DNA of 64,000 nt, from positions 50,282,001 through 50,346,000 of the forward strand of contig OX597824.1 of the NCBI GenBank assembly GCA_951406725.2, in the 5' to 3' direction. Each line of letters opens with the position of its first letter. The first letter of the stretch is position 1. The DNA is from Octopus vulgaris. Its lineage: Eukaryota. The notes beneath the pieces were generated by a model. It was not told the DNA's origin, searched no databases, and saw nothing but the letters and a program-made list of their open reading frames with translations. Positions 13,069-30,596 of the stretch are shown here, in pieces. A program made the translations under genes and the position numbers.

Positions 13069-13129
13069 CATATATGTCATATATACACTCACACACACAC
13101 ATAAAACCGTTTAATATTAATTATCAGAA

Positions 13130-13267
13130 AAAAGAGTACCCAATACGTTGGTAGAGATGAATAATATTTTATTTTGCTACTCTGAGTTTTGCCTGTAGGT
13201 GAGATCCTGCGCACTTACAGGTGAAACTCGGAGTTGCAGGAGACTGACGGGTCCCAAATAATATATA

Positions 13268-13332
<65 letters not shown>

Positions 13333-14060
13333 TTTATATATACATATAAATTTATAGCAACAGCTCTTTGTAATACTTCCAATAAAGCTAAATAAAATTA
13401 ACTTACGAGAAATTATATAATACATCTTGAAGGCAAATATCACATGTAAAAGTACCAATGTAGTACGTTGGTGCTTAACTAGTAATGGATCACTGAAAAT
13501 CATACTTAATGTTCCTATCTCTTAAATCCCAAATGCATTTACTAGGATTTGTTGAATTACTTTTTCTTCTTTACTTAAATGCATGAGAATGATTATGAAA
13601 TCTAGATTTTCAAATTGAGCCAATGTAATAATACTTACGATCGTCTGTTAATACCTTACACTGATAGACTATATTTTCCCTTAAACACTGATTTTCTAAA
13701 CGGCAAACAATTTTGTTTTTACAGTTACGCAGGCATTTATTCACTTGTATTTGGTACTCATGGTTATGTATGTATAAAATTATAAATAGCAAAAGAAATA
13801 TACTATGATAAAATTTATGTTACCATTGGAAATTTAAATTTAACAACAATTGTTTCGCAGCTTGATATACACGTGTATATAATTAATTATATTTCTAATA
13901 AATGATAAATTACTTACATGTCTGTATTAATATAAACTATCTTTAAATTAATGCAGATATTAAGCTATCTCTTCAGGTTAAAAGAAATCTATGCTAAAGA
14001 TAATCCCTCAACATGACATTTTCAAAAACTCCCGTTATGTTGAGGGATTATTTTCAATGG
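13130..14060 (-). mobile_element. Penelope-like element fragment (GIY-YIG endonuclease) with pLTR remnant
   Basis: ORF 13610-13792 reads CRLENQCLRENIVYQCKV...YYYIGS. A 22-bp imperfect inverted repeat with GAAACTCGGAGT lies at 13180-13233. Confidence 0.7.
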
Positions 14061-14756
14061 TAAATGAAATTTTATCATAGTATATTTTTTTGTTATTTAT
14101 ACTTTTATGCACTCCATATATTTTTCTTTTGTATGGTACGATATATTCTGTATGGTTTATATATTTTAAGGAGGTTTTTTTTATTAGTAGAATCAAGATA
14201 TTGTGACTTAAATTTATATATATATACATTTATATATATATATATATATGTATATGTTTATATATATACATGTATATGTGTATATATATATATTAATATA
14301 TATATACAAAGACACGTACACAACACTCACATACATATATATATGCATGGAATGCATTGTGCAGTGGGACCCTGGTTCCATGTTTTTGGGTTGTAAGGAA
14401 CGTTGAATACCTCTTAGCTATTATTGCTCCCAAAGTTTACTCTGAGCTGGGGTAGTAGCACTTGGCATACTCCAAGCTATAAGTTAATTAGCATCCAAAT
14501 TAAAACTCACAGGGAGTGAGGGAACTTGTAGCCTTTATCACCGTATTCTTCTCGGATGATAAACTTGTCGTTAAAAGTGATTATTGGTCATCTCGCTTCG
14601 GCCAGTCACTAGGTAGTAATCGTAGAGACTCAGAGTGACACTCATTTTGTGCACTTTAATCCATTGGCGTGCAAATGTCTGTTTACGGTGATTTAATTTG
14701 TCATTCCAAGTACTAAAAGACAATCCATAATGTTTTATTGATATGTCTCTCTCTCA

Positions 14757-14800
<44 letters not shown>

Positions 14801-14942
14801 ACATATATATATATAGGTATGTATGCACATATATATACGTGTGTGCGCGCGCGTTTGTGTGTGTGGGTGTGTGTGTGTGAGTGTGAATGTGTGTTTGTGT
14901 GTGCGTGCAAAGTTCAGGTTAGTTAGGGCTTGATATTACGGT

Positions 14943-15008
<66 letters not shown>

Positions 15009-15030
15009 TCTACATCAAGAATAGTATTGG

Positions 15031-15073
15031 CAGTGACTTCGAAGTTTCGGCCTGCTAAACCATCATCGGGCTG
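15031..15073 (-). ncRNA. Minimal type I hammerhead ribozyme (Penelope-type), core variant CCGAUGA
   Basis: Minus strand: cagc CCGATGA t ggttt agc aggcc GAAA C TTCGAA GTC actg. Palindromic stem III and GUC cleavage triplet. Confidence 0.7.
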
Positions 15074-15074
15074 T

Positions 15075-16335
15075 GATGCATTAATCTAATCTAGCCCTTA
15101 TATCGTCTTTCTGGAGCTAAAATTTTCCCGAGGTTTGTGTTGTTCAGTTGAATAGTAATGAGATTGCAAAGTGGGTTGTGATGGAGGCGTTGTGGAGAAA
15201 TTTTATTGATTAAATTTTGGGATACGTTTTTATTAAAATTTTATTCATGCGTATAGAAGTATAAACAGGTGTGTATATTTAGGTGTGTCAGCTTCAGATT
15301 ATGGAATTGGGTTTTAGTGGTTCACAAAAAGGAAGTAGGTAGGTTGAGGACGCTTTTGGACAGTGGATGTATAATTTGTTTTTGTTATTTTTTTGTTTTG
15401 TAGGATTTAATCCTTCGCTTTTGCAATGCAATGTTCCAAGTTTATCCAACTTTTGAAAACTTAGTAATTGGGTGCATCAGCTTCTTTTAATGGTATTTCT
15501 AAATGTTCACGAAAAACCTTTGTAGCTGATAAGTTTTATCTGGCCAGTATTTTTTTTTTACTTGCTGTTGATGTTATATATGCTATTTCCTCTTTTTATT
15601 TGGAAGGTGGAGGTTATTAGTCGAGCGTGCCACGGTGTTGTAAGCATAGAAATTAATTACTTTTCGCTTTGCTGTTCCCAAGATATAAAGGTAGATATAA
15701 AGGCTGTTGGCCTGTATATTTCTCCCTAGTGTTCTTTATTCTATAAGCAATTTGATTACTATGTAGAAATTTTAATTATTGAATTTTATAGAGGAAGGAT
15801 CTGTGGGCTGTGTGTTTATAAATATTTCTTCAATTCTCTTTCAAATGTGGGTATTTTGTAATATATTATTTTAGACCTATAGATATACGTGAAAGTGAGG
15901 CATTATAAAAATATGTGTATATACTAATGTATAAAACCTGGGAAAAAAATTATTTCAAAAATTGATTTAAATATTTAAAACTTCAAAAAATAAAACAAAA
16001 ATATCTATTAAGAAATTAAATCAAAAATAGTGGAAAGGGTCTTTTAACTTACATTAGAGGGAGGATAGTTTATGCGAAGGTGGAAGAAAATGTGTAATTA
16101 ACGATATAGTTTTGGATGTATCGAAACCGCTCTAGGCTTTTCAAACTACTTCAAGGTTTATTCCTTTAGTGTATTCCGTAGCATTCTCTTTTAGAGTAAA
16201 AGAGTACTTTCTTTCGAGTACAGCTTGTTTGAATTCCTGGAGTTTTTGATTCTGAATTTTTGGATTGGAGACAACTGTTCTGATTAATCTAGCTAGGTTA
16301 AACGAAATATTTGTTTTGACATGCATTATGTGAAA
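15075..16335 (-). mobile_element. Degraded Penelope-like element(s)
   Basis: ORF 16141-16326 (HVKTNISFNLARLIRTVVS...ERKY) resembles the PLE RT C-terminal region. A hammerhead lies at the 3' end. Confidence 0.6.
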
Positions 16336-16359
16336 TGATGTAAATAGTAGCTATTTTAC

Positions 16360-16444
<85 letters not shown>

Positions 16445-16507
16445 GGGTAGAAATTAAAACCAGTGGCTTAGCATGTTTAAAAGTCCGAAGATTAAAAATT
16501 GTGTTAC

Positions 16508-16619
16508 ATACAAAATTAAGAGGAATAACTACTAAAGTGGACACCCTATATGCTAAACACGCTAGGGTGTTTAGCATATAGGGTGTTCACTTTAGAGGTC
16601 ATTCTTCTTAATTTTGTAT
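16508..16619. repeat. ~112-bp imperfect palindrome in a pLTR-like segment
   Basis: ACACCCTATATGCTAAACAC gctagg GTGTTTAGCATATAGGGTGT, with arms extending to ATACAAAATTAAGA/TCTTAATTTTGTAT. Confidence 0.85.
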
Positions 16620-16639
16620 CTATCTATCTACCTACTTAC

Positions 16640-16712
<73 letters not shown>

Positions 16713-16743
16713 CATCTATTTATTTATCTATCTATCTATCTAA

Positions 16744-16779
<36 letters not shown>

Positions 16780-17353
16780 ATGTGTGTATATATCTATCTA
16801 TATATGTATATATGTACATACACACACATATGCATACAGGCGCATATCACAGTGGGAATGTAAGTGTAATAACATATTTAATTCCTCATTTCATTCTGAA
16901 GTTTAAATCTCAAAGGATTGAAACAGTTTAGTGTATATATATATATATAAAAGTGTGTGTGTATTTGTGTGAGTGTGTATGTGTATGTGTGTGTGTGTGC
17001 GCGCGCATGCATGAGTCCGTGTGTTGATAAACAGATAATAAAAAGCGTGAGAAATGAAATTAAGTGAACAGATTTCAAATGAGGAGAAAGAAACAGTTAA
17101 GTTTACTTATGATGGCTAGGGATATATTAATTAGAAAGACGGTCCAATTAATTAATTAATTGCCAATGTTATTAAGAAATGAAAAAAGTTAAAGTTCATT
17201 ACTGAGTATTTGACACTTTTGTATGCATTTTCACACTTATATGAACAATATACACACATATACACATAAGCCCATGGCAAAATACATACGTGTAAATGTG
17301 CACACATACATACATATACATACACACAAAAACATACAAATAACATACACATG

Positions 17354-17413
<60 letters not shown>

Positions 17414-17462
17414 TATATATACACATATATTTATAAATGTAGAGGCAGTTATAAATACAATC

Positions 17463-17540
<78 letters not shown>

Positions 17541-17962
17541 GCATGCATACATATATGCATACATACATACCCCTATCTACACGCATGCACACACATATAC
17601 ACCCACAAATTGTTTAGTCATTTCCCTTGATTCCATGTCTTGTGTTCTTCATCCTCTCACCGTTTTCTTGTTTTCTGCCAACCTCCATCAACTGATCATC
17701 AGTTATTCTGCTTTCTTATTCCCGTCTTCATCGACATATTTCCTTACTTACTGCGTCTGTAGGAAGGGTTAGTGACCATGTTTCTTACACGCCTTCCTAG
17801 ACTGGTGAGTTCATGGCGTTAATGTTTCTCTTGATCAGTTGTAAATCACATATGTGTATGTGTGTCAGCACAATCATACATGTGTACATACATACATACA
17901 TATATCTATGTATATGTATGTATAAATATATATAAATACATATATGAATATATATGCACATA

Positions 17963-20100
<2,138 letters not shown>

Positions 20101-20101
20101 C

Positions 20102-20200
20102 TTTATTAATAAAGCTTCAAAGACGTCAGGATTTTTATGGTGTCTTTGCAGCTTTATTAATAAAGCATATTACTCTACCTCCGGTATTCGAGTACTATTT
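20102..20200. repeat. Short foldback plus Penelope pLTR-like terminus
   Basis: TTATTAATAAAGCT..CAAAGAC / GTCTTTG..AGCTTTATTAATAA, followed by TACTCTACC..GTATTCGAGTAC, similar to termini at 13135 and 38510. Confidence 0.5.
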
Positions 20201-20294
20201 ATGTGCTTACTCTGGTATATATATGCATACACTACATCTATGTATATATATGTATATATAGAGAAATATAAATAGACACACACAGGCACACACG

Positions 20295-20355
<61 letters not shown>

Positions 20356-20749
20356 TATAATTAATTAAGCAGGGACTCCATGTTTTGCTTACCTGCTTCT
20401 TAACCGAGTGTTTTCATTTAATGCTTAAATTCTTATATAGAGAAAAAATTTAAATATTCATTTTTAGAGAATCGTATTATTGTGGCAATATGAAATTTTA
20501 AAAAGAATAAAAATTTCATTGATAAAAATTCAACCAAGAGAGCAATTTCAATTATATACAGAATGAGTAGATAAAAATACTACCAACATTTTCATCGATA
20601 ACTGTAGAATCTTTTGCAGAATCTTCTGTGCCGTTACTGACGTCAAGAGGTTCGTACATTATCCACAAAATATTGTTACAAATAGTGTTAATTTTTGAAA
20701 CAGTGAATCTTGAAGCAGATAAAGCTATAAATATAGCTTGTAAATATTG

Positions 20750-20960
20750 ATTTCAAATTTTGGCAGACGAGCAGCAATTTCCAAGAAGATAAATTGCTTA
20801 CGTCGAGCGCAATGTTCAACTGGTACTTATTTTATCGACTCTGAAAGGATGAAAAGCAAAGTCGACCGCGGCGGAATTTGAACTCAGAACGTAAAGACAG
20901 ATGAAATGCTGCTAAACATTTTGCCCGTCGTGCTCACGATTCTGCCAGCTCACCGCCTTA
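20750..20960 (-). mobile_element. SINE family B
   Basis: Family motifs present, head ends GGCGGTGAGCTGGCAGAATCG. Confidence 0.8.
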
Positions 20961-21494
20961 TAGCTTGTAAATATTCGGTTAAAAAACCCACAGGTCACGA
21001 ACCTTCATCTCCTGTAAACATGACAAGCGCTCTATATCTAGACCATAGCAGTCTTTTGAATTTCTAAATCCCTTTTAGAACTTTATTCATATCAGCGAGA
21101 CTTGTATGATGTTGACGTCATAAGAATTTAGAAACTTCGAGAATGTAAATTAATTCCTTGTTGGAACGGTAAATCTCGAAGCGAATAAAACTAAAAATAA
21201 TAACTTGCAAATATTGGGTTACCACTCTCGCCGCGGGATAGAAAAAGTCGAAGGCTGCCCCAAATGGCCTCAATACGATGGCCTAAGGCTTGTTATATTT
21301 TACAAACAATTGAATATTACCATGGTCGTTGAGTATTACCATGGTCATGAAACGACAGTGACTAGATTTGTCAAACTGGAAAATGTGTCATTTGTTTTTA
21401 TCTTAAATTGTTCCCGAGTGGTAATGAGAATTGACGTATGATAATGTATTAAGAAACAATATATTTATTTATTACTTCATAAGTATTCACCTCA

Positions 21495-21790
21495 TGCATT
21501 GTTACGGACATGTTCTCTGCCTCCCGCCAGTTCATACTACCGGGGATCTACTCTCATTTAACGCAGCAGCTGCGGGCTGGAAGAGGCGCCGTGGCAGGCC
21601 TCGTACCAGATGGTTGCACATAATTAAGAAAGATCTCCAGAGGCTCGACGTCACTCTGGAGGATGCAAGGGACTGCAAGTGATGAGGAGCACTGGTGGAC
21701 CTGGTCGGCTCTCTGCATGATTACGCCTCTGGGACCTCTAGCCAGGGATGACACCCAACCCCATCATGCACGAGCATGACGCAAGGAAAC
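21495..21790 (+). mobile_element. 3' end of an RTE-like LINE
   Basis: Encodes YGHVLCL...GWKRRRGRPRTRW..IKKDL. Paralogous to 11212-11585. Confidence 0.75.
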
Positions 21791-22988
21791 CAGCAGTGTT
21801 AAGTACTTTTGTCAGTACCTGAGATCGCACTATGTATATCTGTCGGCGTTCAGTGGATATCTTTATTTCTTAAATAAAATTGTTTTCACCTCCCTGTTCT
21901 TATTTATTACGTTGACTTATCACTGTATTTAAAAAATTTATGTATTTTTATGAGTTGAAAAGATCATTTTCAATGTTAGTATTTAATTTCCGTTCTGTCC
22001 TCAATGAAATTCTTATAAAGGAAATATACTTTATATCCATTCCACAATTGAAAATTATCCCACGAACACACTTTTTCTTAAAATGAAGCTTTCCTTTCAT
22101 TCCTCTAAATACATATTAAAAAAGAAACTTCCACCACCGGTTGAACAAGCTGCTAGGCGAACGCGAACCCCCTGTCAAAATTTCATTTTGTAATACATTT
22201 TTCTATGCTTTAGATATCAAGCCCAATATAAGTAACATTAAAAGACAGCACAAAATTATTGACACACACTCACGCTCATATTTTATCATGGTATCTCGAG
22301 TTTATCCCACTGCATGAAATCTTGGAAGAGTGTTTTAACATTAAATTAACTCAACAGGAAATGTATGAAAGTACATCAGGTGTACTAGAGTTATAATTCA
22401 AAAGATTAGCCACGTTGTTTATTGTACCACGATGAGTGTGTCAGAAAATGTATGTCTCCGTGGAATAACTAGAATATGAAATATTCAAGTAAGTAGTTCA
22501 ATTGATACAAATTCTGGAAAATACATTGTCTGAGTTTCGATAAACTATTTTCAATATATATACGGTTTTAATTTATGCGTGTCTCTCGCGTGTGTATCAA
22601 TGCGCGCGCGTCTGTGTATGTGAGTGCGCGCGCGTGTGTATGTGTGTATGTGTGTGTGTTGTGTATGGGTGTATAAAGATAGATATACACATACATATAT
22701 TTATGCATACATACATGCATACATACATATATATTTCTGTGTGTTCGTGTGCATGTATACACAAAGATGCTCACATATCTATAAAATATAAGTATATATA
22801 TATATATATATATACATATTTTAAAATGTTTCCCATTAGCAAATTTAATAGATATATATAGGGCTGAAACATAAAAGAATACATGCATACATATATACAT
22901 GCATACTTACATACATACATACATGCATACATACATACATACATACATACATACATACATACATACATACATACATACATACATACAC

Positions 22989-23040
<52 letters not shown>

Positions 23041-23065
23041 TTATATTTTATTCCAATAGAAATTG

Positions 23066-23801
23066 GAAATGCACTGAGAGTAGTTAAAATATTTTCTCTT
23101 ATTATATTTAAAAATTTAACCGGTTACAATCTTTGGACTGATTTTCAAAATGTTGAAATAGACAAAATGTTGAAATAGACGTAAGGAATTTAATATACGC
23201 TACCAAGTGTCAAGGATGTTATGAAGATTACATAGGTCAAACAAAGCATACTGCAACAAATAGACAGACCATTCACCAACAACAAATACTAGACTACAGT
23301 ATGTGTCCACTGAGTAGACACAGACATATGTGCAAAAAATAGATCCCCAAAATTCCAGATCTTACCACTCTACCTATGTTCAGCGGATGTCACAGTTCAA
23401 ACACGGATAAACAAAGAAGATACTTTCTTACAAACCTTAAAAGAGTACATACACAAATAACTGTTTTAGGTGCAAAATATACCAACGCACGGACGTAGCA
23501 GGAAACGTACCAAAGGTTCTAAACTTAATCGCATGTTCATTCTCTACAAATACTTGAGAGCCTGGATTGTCTGGTACCATGTCAGCCTTAAATTACGATG
23601 TCAAACATTGTTACTTGATACTAACACTAATTTGAGCCATGAACTCCCTATAAAAATATGACAAGTTTCAAACGCTAGTCAGAAGCAAGACAGCTGCGAC
23701 ATAAGCCACGTCCTTCTATTTTAGAAATCAGTGTAAACTGTGAAACCGGTTAAATCTTTGGATATAATAATAAAAATATTTTAACTATCTCAATGTATTT
23801 T

Positions 23802-23802
<1 letters not shown>
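23066..23802 (+). mobile_element. Penelope-like fragment: GIY-YIG segment between inverted pLTRs
   Basis: NLIYATKCQGCYEDYIGQT at ~23187-23243. 23066-23145 is an imperfect reverse complement of 23724-23802. Confidence 0.75.
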
Positions 23803-23869
<67 letters not shown>

Positions 23870-23921
23870 TAGGGGTTAGCCATATTCAAATGGCAAATAT
23901 GCGTCACTATATATATATATA

Positions 23922-24040
<119 letters not shown>

Positions 24041-24392
24041 ATATATATATCCAAAGTATCCTCCCTGGCCTGAAGAGTAGTCGGCGGTATACACCTCACC
24101 TCAGTTTTACCACGTCTGAGATTCCACTCGCTATAAAACATATGTAGTTCGGATTTCCAATACTCCATTCTGTAACTCTTGTTTTCTTTTTCGCACACTC
24201 GACAACCCTGGTTGCCTACTAAGGAATATAAAAAGAGCTTTTTTTTTCAGCTCATCGTTCTTCGATAAAAAGAAAAAAACATCCGCAACCTTCCGTCTCA
24301 ATGAACCGCTATTGGTCCTGAAAGTTCTTTTTTTATATTCACTACGGATTGCTCGAAGCTAACTTTCTTCCTACACCTCGATCCTTGGATCT

Positions 24393-24448
<56 letters not shown>

Positions 24449-24470
24449 TATGTATACATACATACATACA

Positions 24471-24535
<65 letters not shown>

Positions 24536-25118
24536 ATATATATATATATGTATATATATGTATATATATATATATATACGTACACATGTGACGTGATATG
24601 TCTAGTGCACAAATGCTGCAACTATCTTTCTTTCAGCTCGCTGCTGTTGGCTTGCCCATGTGATACAGCAGGAAGCAACGCAGTTTGCGGAATCGTCTCT
24701 GACAGTAAACAGTCAAGGCCTCAAAATATAATCCAATCAATATCTAAGAACATCCCAGAAGAACCACAGTGCCGCTTCCGCATGACCGAGACACAGCCTA
24801 TATAATATTCGTTACAAGATAACTTTAGGAGAAATCCAGGAAGTAACATCCGTAATGCGAGACACGGTGAAACTCATCAGCAGACGCATTAAGTTAGTGC
24901 AGGCCTCTAACATCTAAACGCTTCAAAAGATCCATCCAGCTACCTGACTCGATAGGATCCCGCGCATAGCGTTCTTTGTCAACTCAACCTTAACACAGCG
25001 TCGAACCATTCACACCGTCACAGATGCGTGCACGTACACACATACACACACACATACATAACATACGTGTACACACAAATCTATCTATCTATCCATCCAT
25101 CCATCTATCCATCCATCC

Positions 25119-25170
<52 letters not shown>

Positions 25171-25562
25171 CTCTGTCTATCTATTTGCCTATCTGTCTGT
25201 CTATCTATCTGTCTGTATGTCTGTATGTCAGTCTGTATATATATATATATATACCTATACACATAAATACATATAAACGTACATATAAACGTACATATAT
25301 ATATATATACATACACACATATATATATATACACACATACATACATATATATATAGTGTATATCTGTATACGTAGATACATAGGTATATCCACCAATAGA
25401 ATTACATCATGGAGCATTTGCAATGTACCACTAACGCACAACAAAACTCAATAAGAAACAGTGGTAGACAACGGTGAACTGTACAAAACTTCGCGCAAAA
25501 ATAGACAATTAATGACAGAAACATTACTCGTAGCACAATGTTAAAATATATACACAAGCTGT

Positions 25563-25658
<96 letters not shown>

Positions 25659-25821
25659 CGACAACAACAACCATGTCAATCGATCTATCCATCTATTTCT
25701 TTCTCTCCTCTCTGTGTGTGAGTATATGTATATAATGCGCTTCAATATAATGTATATATGTATATGAAATATGTATTTATGTATATACCACATACACACA
25801 TGAATATATATATATTCATAC

Positions 25822-25913
<92 letters not shown>

Positions 25914-26267
25914 TCATACATACAAAGAAAGAGAGAGAGAGAGGGAGACAGAGAGAAGGAGAAAGAGACGTAAAAAAAAGAGAGTCATAGAGGGTGGAGA
26001 TGGAATGGAAAAAGTGAAGTTATTTTTTTTTTTCTTGTGCAATTAATTATATCTTGAGGATATGAAATAAATGAGAGTGACAGCGGTGTTTCAAGTCTGA
26101 GAAATACAGCAGTGTCTTGCGTGTTGGCAAGAAGTCAGCTGATGAACAAAAGACAATAATAACTAGATGCGGTGTGATGGTAGTGGTGGTAGTGATGGTG
26201 GTGTGTAAAATGATGGCCACAAAGCAAACAACAACAATAAGAATAACAATATTAATAATAACAATAA

Positions 26268-26453
26268 TCCTTTGTACTATAGGCACAAGGCTTGAAATTT
26301 ATTGGGAGGGTGTCAGTCGATTACATCGACCCCACTACCAACTGGTACGTAATTTATCGACCTCGTGGAATTTGAACTCAGAACGTAAAGACCGACTAAA
26401 TGCCGTTAAGCATTTTGTCCGTCGTGCTAACAATTCTGCCAGCTCGCCGCCTT
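26268..26453 (-). mobile_element. SINE family B (internal deletion)
   Basis: Head GGCGGCGAGCTGGCAGAA and family tail are present. Confidence 0.8.
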
Positions 26454-26556
26454 AACAACAACAAAAACAACAACAGCAACAACAATAATAATAATATTAA
26501 TAATGGGTGAGACTTGGAGCCAAATTGTACAAATGTAACGCATAAGTCAAACATAA

Positions 26557-26668
<112 letters not shown>

Positions 26669-26852
26669 GCAAAAAAAAAAAGAGGAGTGCCATTGTTATC
26701 AAGTGAACGATATTTCGGCATCTAGCGTGCCTTCCACAGGTTCAAAAATTAAACTTGTCAATCTACAGAGAAACAGAAGCAAAAAATTTGCTTCTGTATA
26801 TCTACTGGAGGAGTTAACTCAATCCTATAAAATATTACTACTGATAATAATA

Positions 26853-27209
26853 ATCCTTTCTACTATAAGCACAAGGCCTGAAATTTGGGGTAGGGGGATA
26901 GGATGAAAGGCAAAGTCGACTTCGGCGGAATTTGAATTTGAACTCAGAAGGTAGGGACAAACGAAATACCTATTTCTATTTCTTTACTGCCCACAAGGGG
27001 CTAAACACAGAAGGGACAAACAAGGACAGACAAACGGATTAAGTCGATTATATCGACCCCAGTACGTAACTGGTACTTATTTAATCGACCCCGAAATGAT
27101 GAAAGGCAAAGTTGACCTCGGCGGAATTTGAACTCAGAAGGTAGCGACAGACGAAATACAGCTAAGCATTTCACCCGGTGTTTTAACGACTCTGCCAGCT
27201 CGCCGTCTT
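26853..27209 (-). mobile_element. SINE family B chimera or dimer with two different tails
   Basis: A full copy (26971-27209) is fused to the 3' part of another subfamily at GAAATACC|TATTTC. Confidence 0.8.
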
Positions 27210-27820
<611 letters not shown>

Positions 27821-27990
27821 GCCTGGTAGGGCTCCTATAGAAATTTTTCTCTTAGGGACAGCAAGGATTACCAGGAGGGTTCTTGAAAGACTGCCGAAAA
27901 CCTATGGTTACCTAAGGTTACAGATAGTAACCCGCTACCCACATAAATCTTATCAGGAATAAGAGCAAACCTGAGGCTAACTAAAAATAA
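27821..27990 (+). mobile_element. 3' tip of an R4/Dong-like non-LTR element adjoining (TAA)n
   Basis: Encodes LLGTARITRRVLE, which resembles the R4-clade C-terminus. Flanked by AAT repeats. Confidence 0.55.
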
Positions 27991-28819
27991 TGACAGTAAT
28001 AATAGTAACGATTAAAATTATTTGAGGGGAAGTGGCAGTCGACTACATTGACCCTAGTACTTAACCGGTACTTATAAAATAGGTTAATCTTGGCTAGATT
28101 TGAAGTCGGAATGTAACGAGTCGAAAGAAATAACGCGAGGTATTTTGCCGATGTTGTAACGATTCTGCTTGCTCGCCGCCTTTAGAGATGCATCAGCAAC
28201 CAACCAATGCTCGTTACAGCTGAGCAGATGGGGAAAAAAACCCCCACAAAAATGAAGTGTCTTGCTCGACGGTACAAAGTGCTGCTCAGTCCAGTAACGA
28301 TCGAGCTCATGATTATATCATGATCCGAGTACTCTAACCACTTCATCACACGCCTTCATATCAATCAAATGCATGGTATATATGCGTGGTATTTATTTCT
28401 TCAATATGTGGGATACGAACATTTGAATCGATCTTGGTTGGAGTTGAATGCAGAATATATATAATACATATCAGTGAAGTCTTTGCCGCATGTCTGAAGT
28501 TTTATAGGGAAGGCTATAAGCGTCTCTCTAACACATGCCAGATCCTTATTTTGACGACCGCCGAGATATGTTTAGTGAAATCGTAACCTCAGTATATGAA
28601 TTCTCTGCGGAATTCTGATTTAAGCACCCTATATAACCACCCATAACTTTCTTTTTTATCACACAGACGAAACAAAATGTTCATTTTCTTTAATAATCGT
28701 ATAAATTCGCAAAAATTTTCTGAAAATTCCAAACGACAAAAAAGTTATGAGTGGTTGAAAATTCCGCCGAATTCTCAATGTTGAAACGTTTTTCTATTTA
28801 GTACAAAGTGTTCTATACT

Positions 28820-29100
28820 ACTGGCACTCCGTCGGTTATGACGAAAAGGATTCTTGTTGATCGTGAAATTAACGTGCAAGTAGCTGAGCACTCCACGGAC
28901 ACGTGTAACCATTAAAGTAGGTCTCGGGGAGATTCAGCGTGACAAGGCTGGCCCTTTGAAATACTGGTACTACTCATTTTTGCTAGTTAAGTGTACTGGA
29001 GCAACGTGAAATAAAGTGTCTTGCTCAACGACACAATGCGTCACCGGGAATTGAACTCATGACCTTACGGTCATGAGCCGAATATCCTAATTATTAAGGC
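28820..29100 (-). mobile_element. CORE-like tRNA SINE, family C (partial copies also at ~4490-4615, 28215-28360, 31720-31845)
   Basis: Sense strand carries TTGAGCAAGACACTTTATTTCACGTTGCTCCAG, a CORE-like domain. Confidence 0.7.
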
Positions 29101-30596
29101 ATTATAACAATAGCAGTGTTGTTAATGTTGTTTTAAATAATTTCTGAAATGCAGTGGCCATTATAGTAGCGTTAGAAAAGCGAGTGCCACAAAAATACCT
29201 CACGGAGTGACGACAATACCTTGCATAGTTACGGGTTGTTCTTTAAGGTGGTATAGCACCCGTTTGCCACACTAACACGGATATAGCGAAGTCATGAAAC
29301 TGCAGCTTGGCGAATTGTGAAGAGGTAGCGGAAGAGTTCAACTGAGCCAGCAGTGCTTCTTATATTGATGCTGAGCGGAGGAATCCTTGAAGACCAACGG
29401 GCATGATCACCAAACTCTATCAGGAGTTTGGCATCTATAAAGGTGGCGTCCATGGTTGTGTAACCAGCCAATGAAAGATTCACTATAACTCAAGCTCCCA
29501 ATTAAAATTCATAATAATGGAACTGTATAACGACAGTCATGGGAATCCGCGAAAGGAGCGTGACCGAAGAAAAAAAAAGCGAAGAAAGGAGACAGCTCGT
29601 GTATGGGGAAAAAACTGGAACGTATTTGTGATTGACTTTATGCCAATAAGTTGAATGGCCTTACTCCGGATGTGGCTTAAGATCTCTTTGTGAATTGAAA
29701 TACCCTGCTGAGCTTTGTAGAGTTTCAGTAATTGTCAGGTGCTGAAATTTTGTCTTTCAGATAATTTCTAGCTATCTTAAGGAAGCATTTTCGCTAGGGT
29801 AGGAATGAATTGTGGTGAGAGTAAAGCCTAAAAATTTCGGGCGTCAGCTAAAGTTTAAGAGGTTCAGATGCAATGATATTATTTTTTATAAAAGTAATGT
29901 TTGTTTTTGCCGTTAAAAGAAATAGGACTGATATGTCTCTATTGGAGGGGATTTCCGAGTCATCTGCTGCTGCTACTACTATTAGTAGGGAAATTTAGGA
30001 AAGGGGTAGGCATGGTTGTGTGGTTAAGAAGTTCGCTTTGCAACCACATGATTTCGATTTCATTCTCACTCGGTCGTGATGAATAAAAAATTGTTGTGAA
30101 CTCGGTTAAATATCTCCATGCATGATAACGTGTACACATGTGTATTCTTGCGTGTGCATACATGAGTAAGTGTGTCTTGTGTGTGTGTTGTATGTGTGTT
30201 ATGTGTGTGTGTGCTTGTGGATGTGTGCTTACATGTGTGTGTTTGTGTGTATGTGTGTGTATGAATTGAGACGCTAGTTTTAGTTAATCAGGATCTGCAA
30301 TTAGTAATACTGCCGCTAAAGGTGGACGATGGCATGTTCCAGAAAAGAAGAATATTAGCATCTGTAAATACTAAGCAGTTCTCACACAGAAATAACAGTA
30401 GATCATAATGGTTGATCACCGACAATGAGGTTTTGATGGATCGATCAATTGAATTACCTTCTCTTGAATTAATGTGCAAGTGGCTGAGTATTCCACAGAC
30501 ACATATACCCTGAAAGTAATTCCGAAGCAGAATCGATATAACATAGTGTCTCCCAAGATTGTGACTTTTGAATTGCATGTACGGTCTACTTGACAG

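Noticed and set aside
29160-29520. Possible coding exon or TE fragment (also 24620-25020)
   Set aside because: Higher-complexity sequence, but no recognisable protein motif in the frames examined. Left unassigned.
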